Made by a program: the position numbers and the translations under genes
Notes under the pieces: generated by a model
Seen by the model: the letters and a program-made list of their open reading frames with translations, nothing else
Told to the model about the DNA's origin: nothing
Databases searched by the model: none
Source: Phoronis australis
Lineage: Eukaryota > Animalia > Phoronida
Assembly: GCA_002633005.1 (NCBI GenBank)
Contig: NMRA01000372.1
Location: 1-64,000, forward strand
DNA: 64,000 nucleotides
Reading direction: 5' to 3'
Shown here: piece by piece, positions 52,701-64,000 of the stretch
Position numbering within the stretch: the stretch's first letter is position 1
How the letters are laid out: each line of letters begins with the position of its first letter

Positions 52701-55700
52701 TGTATTTAAGAAAAAAGAACTGCCGGAGTTTTGGTTTTGGAATTGTACCCATTCGAAGTAGTGGACTTTAATTCGAAGGTGGCGAACCTTCGAAGTTGTG
52801 AACCTTCGGAGTCGCGAACCTTCGGAATAGTGGCATTTAACCTTGGAAATCTTTTCCAACAAGTTAGTTGCTCGAAGGAAGTCTGTGAGGATGTGCACCA
52901 TTGACCGACTATTGACAAGAGAAGTCTATCTTTATTGACCAAAGTTTTTATTGGGTCTAGACCTATTTTCCGCCAAAATGTGAACATGCTCGTTATTGTT
53001 TTCTCTGTGCAAGAAAGCACGGTTATAGTTAAATTTTGGTTTTTGGGCAACGGCGGAGGGCTGCCTATAGTTAATTTACACTCGGCTTCTCCAGAATTTA
53101 AAATGCCGGAAACGCACACACGTGTACTCGCATGCATATTAATCCACCAATCCACAATCGAAGTGGTCACTGGATGAAAAACATACTTGTATTTGACGAA
53201 CACTTTGAATTCCAAATTTGAAAAACACCTGCCCTTTACCGTACTATGCTAGCCTCGCTGGTTCCCTGCATTCCACTAGATGGTAGCCAAAACGCAGGTA
53301 TCATTAAAATTTCCACGGGAAAATTTTTTACACCGGTGTTTCTGATTAGCTAGTTGAATTTTCAACAAGTAGCGATTTACGCAAACAAACTAGCATGACT
53401 TATGAAGGAAGTGTGAATGTGGTCTTTTGTACAGACAAATCGGTGCTTAAAATTCATGTTCAAGAAACGTTAATCTTAGAAAACTGTGGTTGCACCTTTT
53501 CGGAGTGCATGTTTCTACTGCCGCTGTCTTTTGTTTACGTTGTTGCCATGTATTCATACAGTTTGAATAACACCAGTTAAATCGGCCAGCTAACGATGTG
53601 TTTATCACTTTATTGTACATGCATGTGCTTCAAGCACGCGGCTATTAAACATTACCGTAGAAACGAAATAATTGCTGCTATGCCACATGCATGGCACCAG
53701 ACAAGGCTAAAAATCGTTCATAGTTCTCCATTTTCTCACTTTGTCGTAAAGCTAACCAATGACTGCCGAGGTTACATCAACCAATGGCAATAGCTTGCTC
53801 TATGCCTAATACCTGCGTGTGATCTCTACATGCATGGAACCAGCGAGTATGCTGGCAAGCAATATCAGATAACAAACCTATTTTCTGCTGTTTTGTTTCT
53901 TGGTTGATTTTAAGATATTCACATCGCACTACTTTTTGGGAGTTCTCTCGCTGCTATACAGCTTAGCTATACGTATAGACATGTACTTCTAAACTCCCTT
54001 GCTGCCTTACGGCGTAACCACCACGTGTGTCCAATGCCGATGAGTAACATGAAGCCTTCTCTAATAGTTTGCACGATCCTGTCATCTTAGCAAATACCAC
54101 TCGGGCGAAGTTGGCCTGGTTCGGCCTGATGATTACGTGAATCGCTTTGAATCCGAAGCAAATTCATATTTATCACTAACTCGTCAGTTATCATTGTAGT
54201 TAGTAGTACCAGTAGCTGCAACAATTTTGTTGTTGTCCATCTGAATCCTATCTTTAGCGGATAGGCTGGGGCTGGACCTTTTCCGCGGAGGGGAGCTCGA
54301 TCGAACCCCTCGACCTCCCAGGTTACAGGCCTGCCTATTTATATGGAGCGGCATAAAGTTCTCAAACAAGTACTTCTCTGCGCGTTGAAATATGCTTAAT
54401 CAACTCAAAGTTTTTCTTAATCAACGCGACCGTACTTTTAGTTCTTAAAGGACCATCGTTCTGCTCTTATTCCACGCGTAGTGTTGCATAATTAACGCGT
54501 AGTTTTTCTTAATCAACGCGTAGTTTTAGTTCTTAAAAGATCATCGTTCTGCTCTTATTCAACGCGCACTTTTGTTTAATCAACGCGAAGTTTTACTTAT
54601 TTAACGTAGTTCGAACCATTCCTGTTCCTAACAAAGTTAAAGGCGCCATTATTTACATGGTGACTTTATAAGAACGTGCAACAGTCTTCAAAAGGTTGCC
54701 TTGCACCCATGTACAAAATCTTTCGCCATTTTGAGATTTGAGAGCAAGGGTGTGATTAGACTATTGTGAATTGACTAAAAGTACGTGATTGTGTAAAACT
54801 ATGTGTTGATTAAGCAAAACTACGCATTGATTAAGCACATTGCAACGCGCAAAAGGTACTCGTTCAAGAACCCTTTCATTGGCGCTTCATACCTTTTGGT
54901 CAATTCTTATTAACCTATCGCAAGCTCCGCCTCCTTGCGTAATGTCGACTAACAAATAATAAGTTTTACCCAGTAGCGTGTTGTTTGTCGGGTAAAAAAG
55001 CGGCTTGGAAACGAAGGTGTGCCAATCATGCTGCGTTCTAAAGGGTCAGTTAAGCTGTCACTCAAAATGCTGGCGATAGGTCAATTTGGCGTGAACGTGA
55101 TACATTTGGAAGTTCAATGTTCGTTAGGTGTCGAGTCAGCTCACAGTGACGTATAATATTGCTTGGCTGAGTCGTCACAAGGCTAGACAAAGGGCATCCC
55201 ATATGTTTAAGCTCATGCGCCGTTATCAACCATAATAATCATTCCTAGTAATTTTCATTGTTAGATTAAACACTTGATAAATAAAACAAACTTCAAAGTA
55301 TGCAATTTTTGTAATTGAAAAGTTAAACTTCACCTAAATAAAATTTTATACATGCGCTCCTTGATTTTGCTCAAGTGTTTCCAATATGCGCATAATTCAG
55401 TACACAATGTACACCGTGTTAGCCCAACTGTAGATATTGCACCACTGGCCTAAATTCGAGCATTTACGGTAACTGTGAAGGCATGGAACTAAATAATAAC
55501 AATGCACAGGCGTTCACTTTAATTATGCCAATGAAAATACAAGGTTAAGCAAAGCAAAGCTCTACACAGATTAATGACCGTCTTTCCACTAAAGATACAA
55601 AAGTATTTAAAGACATTAATGATTTCACTGCCGAAAACGCAACAATGAGATAAGCTTTGATAACTTTTTAAAGATTTTAGCTTTGAAAGTAGAACAATGA

Positions 55701-57156
55701 AATTCGTTGTGGTTTCGAGATTTCATTACAATGCTCTCCGTTTTCGGCTAGACATTCATTGAAAACAAGGCCGGTGATTTTATCTGTAAAATAGTTATGC
55801 AGCAATGTGCGTGGGCTGTGCGGCGTTTAGCTAGTGAGCCAACAAAATGAAGCGTGCCGGTTGCAACTACAGAGTTTAAACGTTGTCACCGCGGTGGGTT
55901 TAATGTCAGAAAAAGGCCTTACTAGCTGATAATGACGCTTTAAAATGTGAATATCCCCGATTGTGTTACGGGTGATTGTTTAAAACGTTGATGTAAGTGA
56001 AATTACGTGGACATGAATCTATTTGCGCTCTCGTCCCAGGTATTGTTAACATTTGGCCTTCTGTAAATCCCACGCCACTTACAGTTACAAAGTGTTACAG
56101 AGTTTCGTTTATTTGCCCAAAATGGTTGCGTGAGTAAATTTACTTATGAGTACAATTTACTTATACGTGTGAAATTAAATTGACTGGAAAGAGCAAGGAT
56201 GCAATAAAACCAACGCCCTTGAAAGGACCGCCATTATGAGATAAGGTACATTTAGCTTGAAAAGTGAACCATTCTTACACGTATATTGATACAGCTTAAT
56301 GTTTGAAATTATAAATGAATGCACCTCGTATGTGCTTTGTTTGGTGATGCTGGTCCGCTGATGCGTTTTCGTACGACTTCTGCAAACAGTGAATCAAAGT
56401 ACTTGTAACAAAGGCGGATTTACGGAGGGCGGCAGGCCCCCCTGCTGCCGCAAGCAAAACGAAACAGCAACAGCGTGAAGCGTGCGGAAATATTTAGTTC
56501 TGCAACCAGGACCAGTAGTTACCCCAGATCGCGGGGGTATCGCGTTCCCGTTTTTTCTTTAGTCCACTGATAGATTTTCTGAACAGCGGGTCCACATCCC
56601 CGGCCCCCCAACTTTCGGCCGCCTGTGCACATACAATCGTGCTTTGTCCAATTCCCCGATGCAACGTGTTGGGCTAACCACCTTATGGTATCCTAGATCC
56701 GCGACTGTGTGATATGCTTTTGTTAGGCCAAAGTTGCGTGATTATCAAAACTATCTTTTGACCTTATTAACTTTGTTTTGATCGACTAAAAGGTTCAAAA
56801 TATTGTTTGTGGTAAATTAAATATGCCAAATTTACAAAAAGCCTCCAATAAGGCAATGTTCCTCTTTAGTGAAGCACAACAGTGATTAAATACTTGAAAG
56901 GCAAATACATGTTTCGTAGCTTCAGTAAAAGACGACAGAATACCCTTCCAAGTTGCAAGGAATGCAAATTTTAATCACGTCATTGCACGACGTACTTACT
57001 TGGATAGTATTTTGTGACAGAATTCGTCTTCCCTGAAAGTCCCCATATCGCTGCGTCTGCTTCTTCGTCGTATTTTATAAACAAAATGAAAAGTACGAGA
57101 AACAATATTTCAAATGCGGCGAGAATCGTCGCGAACTTTCCCCTTATCCAGGCCAT
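32553..57156 (-). CDS. Rh50: Rh-type ammonium transporter (Rh50/RHAG-RHBG-RHCG family, SLC42), 9 coding exons, 467 aa
   Basis: complement(join 57000-57156, 40493-40676, 39239-39389, 38904-39048, 38059-38225, 35045-35182, 34452-34585, 33872-34053, 32553-32698) = 1404 nt, all introns GT-AG with matching phases. Motifs: [90 protein letters not shown]. Both pore histidines are present. Confidence 0.95.
33872..34053 (-). CDS. Rh50: Rh transporter exon 8
   Basis: LYTIFPAR...[30 protein letters not shown], phase 2 to phase 1. Confidence 0.9.
34452..34585 (-). CDS. Rh50: Rh transporter exon 7
   Basis: [30 protein letters not shown], with AG/GT boundaries. Confidence 0.92.
35045..35182 (-). CDS. Rh50: Rh transporter exon 6
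   Basis: [31 protein letters not shown]...YKFIT, 138 nt, phase 0-0. Confidence 0.92.
35385..36105. repeat. Degenerate (CCAT/CCAC)n low-complexity tract in a Rh intron (repeated at ~37340-38015)
   Basis: Visible tetranucleotide repeats, which explain the spurious HPS-rich and WMDG-rich ORFs. Confidence 0.9.
38059..38225 (-). CDS. Rh50: Rh transporter exon 5
   Basis: [33 protein letters not shown]...KFDM|GTATGG. Confidence 0.92.
38904..39048 (-). CDS. Rh50: Rh transporter exon 4
   Basis: [26 protein letters not shown]...ADLFSMIG|GTGAGT. Confidence 0.92.
39239..39389 (-). CDS. Rh50: Rh transporter exon 3
   Basis: [35 protein letters not shown]...YFK|GTAAAG. Confidence 0.92.
39678..39810. mobile_element. 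Short PIF/Harbinger-like MITE (related copy at 45358-45511, inverted)
   Basis: Internal inverted motifs GTTCAGTA.ACGCTAGGACCT / AGGTCCTAGCGTTACTGAAC, shared with the copy at 45358. Confidence 0.6.
40493..40676 (-). CDS. Rh50: Rh transporter exon 2
   Basis: (M)[40 protein letters not shown], between ttttcAG and GTGAGT. Confidence 0.95.
40940..41085. mobile_element. hAT5-like MITE with 5-bp TSD
   Basis: TIRs CAGTGGTGGATTTAGG / CCTGGATCCGCCCCTG with a perfect TSD GTTTG (40935-40939, 41086-41090). Confidence 0.75.
42150..43660 (+). mobile_element. Heavily degenerate LINE reverse-transcriptase relic (RTE-X/Daphne-like) in Rh intron 1
   Basis: Fragments appear in the expected order: [34 protein letters not shown] (YADD equivalent), [29 protein letters not shown]. 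An (ATT)n tail follows. Confidence 0.85.
43664..43810. repeat. Compound microsatellite: (ATT)~18 followed by (CAT/CGT)n
   Basis: Directly visible; source of the poly-I and poly-N/D ORFs. Confidence 0.95.
45358..45511. mobile_element. Harbinger-like MITE, second copy
   Basis: Reverse-complement similarity to 39678-39810. Confidence 0.6.
46967..47220. mobile_element. PIF/Harbinger-like MITE
   Basis: TIRs CAGGGGCCCGTTCTAAGAAA / TTTCTTGGAACCGGCGCCTG with an ACTTAAG-rich interior. Confidence 0.65.
47600..48710 (+). mobile_element. hAT transposase remnant
   Basis: The frame from 48501 reads ...[13 protein letters not shown]..., resembling the hAT DVxTRWNS motif. An upstream F.HTGA motif lies at ~47840. 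Many stops. Confidence 0.4.
49981..50043. repeat. Short direct and inverted array of AAGTCGTACGTGTT
   Basis: Four copies, one inverted, forming a near-perfect hairpin AAGTCGTACGTGTT-tt-AACACGTACGACTT. Confidence 0.85.
50874..50982. repeat. 43-bp tandem repeat, ~2.5 copies
   Basis: TTGAGACAA...CACCCTGCTGCGAG units start at 50874, 50917 and 50960. Confidence 0.9.
51755..52841. mobile_element. Old DNA-transposon-like element with inverted ~16-bp subterminal tandem motifs
   Basis: GGTTCACCATTCCGCAGG-type units at ~51755-51800 and their reverse complement GAACCTTCGGAATAGTG at ~52780-52835. No TSD found. Confidence 0.4.
52494..52670 (+). mobile_element. tRNA-derived SINE head
   Basis: Pol III A-box TGGCTCAATGG (~52498) and B-box GGTTCGAATAC (~52549); no intact cloverleaf. 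Confidence 0.5.
53254..53847. mobile_element. MULE-like MITE, family copy 3
   Basis: CTCGCTGGTTCC...GGAACCAGCGAG termini with TSD TATGCTAGC/TATGCTGGC (8/9). More diverged than the other copies. Confidence 0.85.
54342..54891. mobile_element. MITE with long imperfect TIRs and internal ~22-bp tandem units
   Basis: TATGGAGCGGCAT...AAGTAC...GCGCGTTG..AT.TGCTTAATCAA at left, mirrored at right (...TGGCGCTTCATA). Internal TTAATCAACGCG repeats. Confidence 0.65.
56409..56707. mobile_element. hAT5-like MITE related to the 40940 element
   Basis: CAAAGGCGGATTTA...TAGATCCGCGACTG with flanks TGTAA/TGTGA (4/5). Confidence 0.5.
57000..57156 (-). CDS. Rh50: Rh transporter exon 1 (start codon and N-terminal helix)
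   Basis: [30 protein letters not shown]...KYYP A|GTAAGT, joining exon 2 TG TTC CAA to give YYPMFQD. Not in the ORF track. Confidence 0.92.
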
Positions 57157-57329
57157 AATTAAGATGCGGACGGGAATCGACGAAAGTTTTTTCCAAAGCC
57201 ACCGAAGTACGCAGGTGCTAAATACTGACTATTTTTGTTTAAACCGCACAAGGAAGAGTATGCTGAATCCGAATTCCAAACACAATACTTCTGATATCCG
57301 AAAGGGGCGCTCCACAACACGTATGTTAT

Positions 57330-57870
57330 CTCGCTGGTTCCCTGCGTGCTTAGCCCAGTCAGCACGCAGGTATCACGCAGTGGCACGCGCTTCAGCATTC
57401 GTCGATGTAACCTCGGCAGTCATTGGTTAGCTTTACAACACCGTGAAAAAATGGCGGACTGTGAACGATTTTTAGCCTTGTCATGCAAGTGGCGTCGCAG
57501 CAACTATTTCGTTTCTGCAGTGATGTTTAATAGCCGCGTGCTTGAAGCACATGCATGTAAAATAAACTCATATCTAGCACATTTAACTGGTGTGTTATTC
57601 ATACTGTATGAATACAGGACACTATCGTAAACAAAAGAAATTGACAGTAGAAAGATGTATTCCGAAAAGGCGCAATCACAATTTCTGAGCTTCACATTTC
57701 CCATTTGTCTGTACAACACATTTACACTTTAGTCCATCAGTCATGCCAGTTGAGAATTCGAGTAGCCAATCAGAAACGCCGGGGTAAAAAATTTCCCGAG
57801 GAAAATTAAGTGATACCTGCGTGCTGGCGCGGCTACCGTCCCACCTAGCGGCACGCAGGGAACCAGCGAG
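57330..57870. mobile_element. MULE-like MITE, family copy 4, immediately upstream of the Rh start codon
   Basis: Full TIRs with a perfect 9-bp TSD GTATGTTAT (57321-57329, 57871-57879). Confidence 0.9.
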
Positions 57871-59131
57871 GTATGTTATTCGCATATATACATACGGTAA
57901 CTCTGAACCATGGAAATGTAGAACTGGAATGCCAACTTCGATTTTAATGCACATATAACAGTGCTGCTCAGGAATCGAATTAACATTACATCAGGGCAAC
58001 AGGTGTCACGTGATGAATACCTTGCCGGTAGGCGGTTGAAACAACACAATTCGATTTGAATATAATAACGAGTATATATTGATTAAACGTTTAATAAATT
58101 TCCTCAAATAAATTGTTTAAATTCACAAAGAACGTTATTCTGATCAGTCTGTGATAACGTTTTCCCTTTCTTGGCTTCGTCCTTGGATCTAGTGTTACAT
58201 TTGTTGTCTGTGACGAATTTCCTTTCTCTTGATCATGCGATCCAGTGCTCCAAGCAGTCTTCATAGACTTGATGAAATGCTTCGAAACAATCATCAAGTT
58301 CACTCCGTCGAATATCTTACATGTTAACATGAGTTCAGACCATCGAAGTCTAGATACAATACATCCCCTTGAAATCCAGTCCCTAGAATTTCTGCTACAA
58401 TGTATCAGATTGAAATTCAATCCATCGAATTTCTATTACCTGTGATATTTTTTAGCAAACCAGTAGCATCTCTTCAAGAATATCTGCGATATCTCTGTAG
58501 CAAGCTGGTTTCCTCTCGTCAAGAAATATACCTTCTTGAGTAGCTAACAGAATACTTATACTCAAAAAGAATACATGTGGGCGAGTTAGATCAAAACATA
58601 AAACCCAAAAATTTCTTCCAAATGCTACTCATAGTTCCAAAACAATTCTCGGAGCAAAATCGTTGGATTCCAACTATGAACCAAACTATCGCCAAATATG
58701 GTCACGGGCAGACAAAGCTTTAAGTAATTTCTAATGAATAATATGGCTATTGTTGTTGTCAAAAATGACTCGCCCCAAAGTTGACCAATTCCGGTGAATT
58801 TAAAGTTACATAACTATGCATTAACATAAACACATGGTCAAGGGCAAATATGCTGCTTCATGTCCTATGCACTCATATCAGGAAACAAATTTCAGTACAC
58901 AGCCAATACATTTAATTAATTACATAACAACCACTATATACTTGATTAATGCTTCTCATACAATATTGTTCTCATCTACATAGTTAAACCAAGTTGTAAT
59001 GTATCTGTATAATACTAATGATATCAATATTAAATAAATGACATGTTCATCCTACATAAAAGCTTCCCGTAACACATAACAGGAATGAATTATAGGAAAA
59101 ACAGAAACTAGTTATAATATATACACGCATA

Positions 59132-59169
59132 AACACACACACGCACGCACGCACGCACGCACGCACACA
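59132..59169. repeat. (CA)n/(CGCA)n microsatellite
   Basis: Directly visible. Confidence 0.9.
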
Positions 59170-62028
59170 TACGCTAAGATGCACAAATGAACTCGCGAAT
59201 ATCTACATAACACACCTGTTCATAACGTCTAAACTTTTCATTTAAAATAGCAGAACAGTCGGAACCCAAATGTTGCTCGTTTCCGTAAAATTCTGTAACA
59301 GGATTATAAAACCCAAAGAATGGTTTATTTAAACACTCCTATCAAATAGTTTGACAGGTTGTCGAAAGTGGCTCTAAGATTGGAGCTAAAAGGACATCAG
59401 AGACCAGACTATACCCGCATCCAGCCTGGTGACGGGTCGCTGCCTATAGGGAATGGCCTGTGTAATATTGACGAGTTTGGTGATTAATTTTGTCGACCGA
59501 AAAATCGTTGGTTGTCTGAAAACGTGACCCAACAGTCTCGCTTGATGAACAAAAACGACAAATGAAAACGAAGCAATGAAATTAGGCTTGATTTGATAAC
59601 TACTATACTACACCAAAACTTGAGCAGCGGAATTCACAGCGCGAACTCACGCCGTCAGTCCCGTAAAATCTCGAGGTCGGATGCTCTAACACAAGAATGC
59701 ACGGTTACTTGCAGTAGTTGGCATGCTATGTCTATCTGGAGTTCTATGCTCTCTAAATATATTTTAAGAAATGTGGATTTTGCAAAAATATTAAATTTCA
59801 GACGTTGTTAACGTAGAACCACATTGAATACCAATCCGGCTGCATCATGTGGTGATTATTCCACGATTTGGGGAACTCTGGGAAAATGAAAAACAAAGTC
59901 GGAACGTACAGGCCGTATTCAAATCTAATAAGACTAACGGAATATGAGGCGAGAACCAAAAAGTCGCATGAATTCTGAAACGTGTGGAAAAATAAAGCCG
60001 AACTCAGAAAGAACGTGTCATGCGAAGCACCGTGAAATCAAAAGAAACGATTTTAACTGAATAAAAGGATATGTTCTGAAAGTACAAAGCCCATAGGTTT
60101 TTAAAATTTTTCCTAATCAGGAAATAATTAGGTAACGTGAATACGTATTTAAAGTAAAGTTTAGCAAAAAAAACAATGCTATCAATAACACGATAAAAGT
60201 TTATTCACACACATAATCAAGATGAGATTTAAATATCGCATTTACAGTTTTCTTAAAATATTATTAATTTTAGTTTTATGCAACTTCCAAGTTTTTTCAT
60301 GAAAATCATAAAAATCCTACCGATGCCAAAGCGTGTGCAAAGCATAGTGTGTGAGTTTCATACAAATCCAACCAGTGTTTCTGAGATATGATGTTCCAAA
60401 ATCAGCCAAATTTGTGCTCGACACATCAAAAGAGTACGATCTGGGAATCACAGCTATTATTTGAGGCAAGAACGGTGGGTGTTCATTTTGAGTCTGTCAT
60501 ACGGCGATTCAGGTCGTGGAATATAAAGCCAAGTGTCCAGATGCGGCTCATACATTATACAACCACATTGCCTTGCTTCGTCCATCGTCAACACACGGTG
60601 CGCTGCAAAACAACGTATCCTACTGATGACAAAATGATTTCCCGCTTCGATACTCAAAGAGCGCAGCTACACGATTTTAAAACACGTTTCAAACACTAAT
60701 CCCAAAACACATAATTATGAAACAACACAATAGCATCCTTTGACACAAAACACAAAAAGATTCCAAAATGACACACACTTCGCTTGAAGCAGAACACATC
60801 TGAAACCGTATCAGTTTCCAATTGGCACAAACGTAAGTTCTTAAGTTATAAATGTTTTCTAACAGAACAGGAGGCCACTTCACCTACAAACCAAGGTCTC
60901 TGCGTATTAACAAATTCCGTTTGCGAACTTGTGAACCCATTTATTGGCATTTTTTCTAAATTCCCGTCCATGACCCTATATGCATACGCCTTTTCGCTTT
61001 GACCAGTCATTTTTTGGAAAAAGTAGACATTTTGATTTCTGACCCAGATTAGTTAGCGTCCTATGCTGCGATTCCCTTCCATACTTGTGTCCACCCTCGG
61101 CAGGTGTCGCGCTCTCTCATCTTGGTACCTTCTTAAAGCTTCCACACAACCTGCGTTCCGTCAAAGAAACGAACTTTTAATTTACACTTCGCCAGGCGAC
61201 GTGAAACTGATCTGAATTTGTTGCGTTCTTTGTTGAGAAGTGACTTTTTGCTCGGTGTTGCTCAAGACAATCATGTTGAGCCTAGCTCTAAACAGTAAGG
61301 AGTTGTCAGTTCTTTCGTTGCCCCAAAAGCACTCCTAGTTTTGTAAAAAAAACACAGTGCGACCAATTTCTTATCTGTAAGTAGAATAAAGCAAAAGTCG
61401 CTTTTTTCTGAATGAAGGCAGGTTTATAGGAAACCCATTAAAGAAATCCGCAACATGTAGAAACCCAACACCAGCAGTGATTACAGTGACGGGTTTANAC
61501 GAGGCTTTGGTCCTCCTAAAATTCTCCCATATTCTATTTGGCACTTCGGGGGTGCGAATGTCCGACACGCAAAATCCTGGCTAATACTCTGCCCTGTCGC
61601 CTCCCAACTCAAAATCCGGGATCCGCTTCTGGATTACTCTCCGCCTCGAATTAATTTCTATGACCACCAGTCATCGCGTGAGCCCGCATAACAACTGGCA
61701 GACGCACTTAGAAATGTATTGACCGGGATCCCACAGGATTTTTGGCATGAAAAGGTAACCGATTTTATTTGATACCACAGTGATCCATGGGCACCCCAAT
61801 GCTAGGGAATGGCCATCTGAAAGATTGACTCGCCGGGTGGGTCAGGTCAGGAGGGGTGGCGGCGTGAGAATGCCACTCAAAATTGAGCTAGATCACAGCT
61901 TATCTTGTCGATCCACTTAAAATACGTGCAACTCCTACTAGTGAATCAACATCATCCACAGCCAATTTCAGTTGTGAACATCCTTCTGATGATTTTAAAT
62001 GAGGCCAAAAAGTGAGCTATATCAGCCC

Positions 62029-62492
62029 AAGAGGTCGGTAATGACATGAAAATGGTTAAAAATCTCCAACATAGATCAATGTATCATGAATGAACACGAC
62101 CAGATAAATTCAGTGGTGCATCACACACCCAAGTTTCTCATTGAGTTGAGCTTGTCCAACCCACCAGATACCCGGTTCAATCCAACGGTAAAACATCCAA
62201 CATCACTCCACGTGGCAAAGTAGTTAGGTGCCAGACAATTTCAGGGTTGGGTTGCCTTTTCAGATGTCTGAAAATTGAGCTAGACCAACACAAGAGGTAT
62301 AACCACATGAAACTGGTAACAATTTATTCAAAATAACCGCAGGTAACAGGAATGAACACTGTCAGACAAATCCGGTGGTGGATTAATCCCGCCAGTCACG
62401 CCCAGACCTCAGAGTTGAGCTGGACCAACCCACCAGGTAACCAGTTGAAACCAAGTGCAATGTGTTCCATACCACTCCACATGTGAGGCAAC
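62029..62492. repeat. Diverged ~265-bp tandem duplication
   Basis: Blocks AAGAGGT...ACATGAAA, GAATGAACAC...GTGGTG and GAGTTGAGCT.G.CCAACCCACCAG occur twice in the same order. Confidence 0.65.
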
Positions 62493-62685
62493 TGTTACAT
62501 ACAACACAGTGTCAGTGGTGGCGTGCTTCGGCCGAACAAAAATAAAGGGTCAAAGCCAAGTAGCGTATAAAATGAATGAATCCAACATGAGGCAGCGTAA
62601 AATTGCCCAAAGTGACCACTGTCCAATTTTACTCCCAGCTTCAGTTATTATCGTATTGTCGCACATGACTGTTGACACTTGTTTC

Positions 62686-62810
62686 AACAACAAAAAAACA
62701 ACGACAACGACGACGACGACGGCGGCGGCGGCGACGACGACGACGGCGGCGGCGACGACGACGAAGGCGACGACGACGACGACGACGACGACGATGGCTA
62801 TGACGACAAC
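62686..62810. repeat. Trinucleotide microsatellite (GAC/GGC)n
   Basis: Directly visible; source of the poly-T, poly-D and poly-V ORFs. Confidence 0.95.
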
Positions 62811-64000
62811 ATGCATAATATTAAAATAAACTTCCGTCAACACCCGTCCATGGGAGATGTACGCCGTATTTATGCAAAACTAGGCTTCTCATAGGTATAT
62901 TTTATCAAATTTATCAAGGCCGACTGTTTTTAGACTAATGTCACCCAAACCAATACCTCGGTTTTACGTGGATGGTATATAAGTAGTCGCATTTTTCTGT
63001 CGTGTAAGCTATGAATGTGCCGCAAATGCCTGTATTTCCGTGGTTCAGATGCATAGTCACAAAACCCTTGAAAGTTGAATTGCTGATAACAGGTTTTCCT
63101 ACACATTTTATCGATATTATCGGCAAAATAATTGTTCAAATACATGTTGTCTGCACTATTTCAAACAGGTGGTTTACAACAATTACAGGGACTCAGCCCG
63201 CAAGTTGATTAGGTACTGCATATTGGCCCAAGACATTTTTACGGAGAAATCCAAATTCTCATGCGTCTTGATGCATGTACATCGGAAGGATAACATTGTT
63301 CATGAAAATTTGAGGGGTTTAGGTGAACCAGGAATATGCACAATACACACAAGTCCAGATATGTCTTTTCTATGGCTGGCCCTCGCAACTTCCGGGACTT
63401 CGATGCATCAGTGTTGTACATACTTAGAAAAATCAAGCATTGAACTAAATGTGAGGTATAACTATTGTAACTCATTATTTTAATCGCCAATTCACGCATT
63501 ACTCATAAATTGCGGGCATAGAGAACTAGAACAATACGTCGAGACCAATGGACCCAATGACAATCAATAATACCCCGACAATGATGGACGTATTTCTCGT
63601 ATTGGACCTCCCAAATTATGCCACTGATACAGAAGACTGTTTCAACAGAAGTTGATATTCGCAGAAGCAATTTGCAAAAAGTGTTGGAAAACTACTACGC
63701 AAAACGACGCATTCTCTGTGCAACATTCGATCAATAATGCGTTGACGGTGTCAATCATTGACTGTCCCTCAGTTTAGAGTGACAGAACGCTTACAGTAGA
63801 CGATAAAAACGACAACGAACAAATGGCATCACTGGGCGTGAACATCGGTAATTCTGATATCCTATGATGGGGTATGCTCCACCTGTTCTGGTTGGTATTG
63901 AACTGAGAATCCGAAATAACCGCTGTGCCAACAGATTTTTGCGACTACTGAACTTTGTACACTAAAGGCTATTCAATATCTTAAGATGTATTAATAAAAT

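Noticed and set aside
57014-57430. 138-aa + strand ORF
   Set aside because: Antisense shadow of Rh exon 1 running into the MITE.
58090-58700. Coding-like minus-strand stretch, possible transposase relic
   Set aside because: Multiple stops and no motif I can assign with confidence.
62455-62894. Poly-Thr/Asp mucin-like ORFs
   Set aside because: Trinucleotide microsatellite, open in several frames, with no splice or domain support.

Overview
Eukaryotic (metazoan, most likely marine invertebrate) genomic DNA, AT-rich, from a draft assembly with single-n joins at 793, 12734, 17860, 29702, 37245 and 61498. Two genes can be reconstructed by eye. (1) A TRIM-NHL E3 ligase (RING-Bbox1-Bbox2-coiled coil-NHL) on + at 16274..18912 with an intron-free CDS. 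Its 3' half occurs in two divergent versions on either side of an n-join, and one version is frameshifted by a 14-bp deletion. (2) A complete 9-exon Rh-type ammonium transporter on - at 32553..57156 (467 aa); exons 4-5 are repeated across another n-join. The rest is largely transposon-derived: a CACTA/EnSpm-like element built from palindromic CCTATAGG repeats, a four-copy MULE-like MITE family (one copy nested inside another, one just upstream of the Rh ATG), hAT5-like and Harbinger-like MITEs, two LINE relics, and hAT and Kolobok/THAP remnants. The most unusual element is 2.6 kb long, has CAC...GTG termini and a 5-bp TSD (Transib/ProtoRAG-type ends), and carries convergent spliced units plus decayed C2H2 zinc fingers. 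No CRISPR array, rRNA gene or intact tRNA gene was seen. All family assignments come from manual motif recognition, not database searches.
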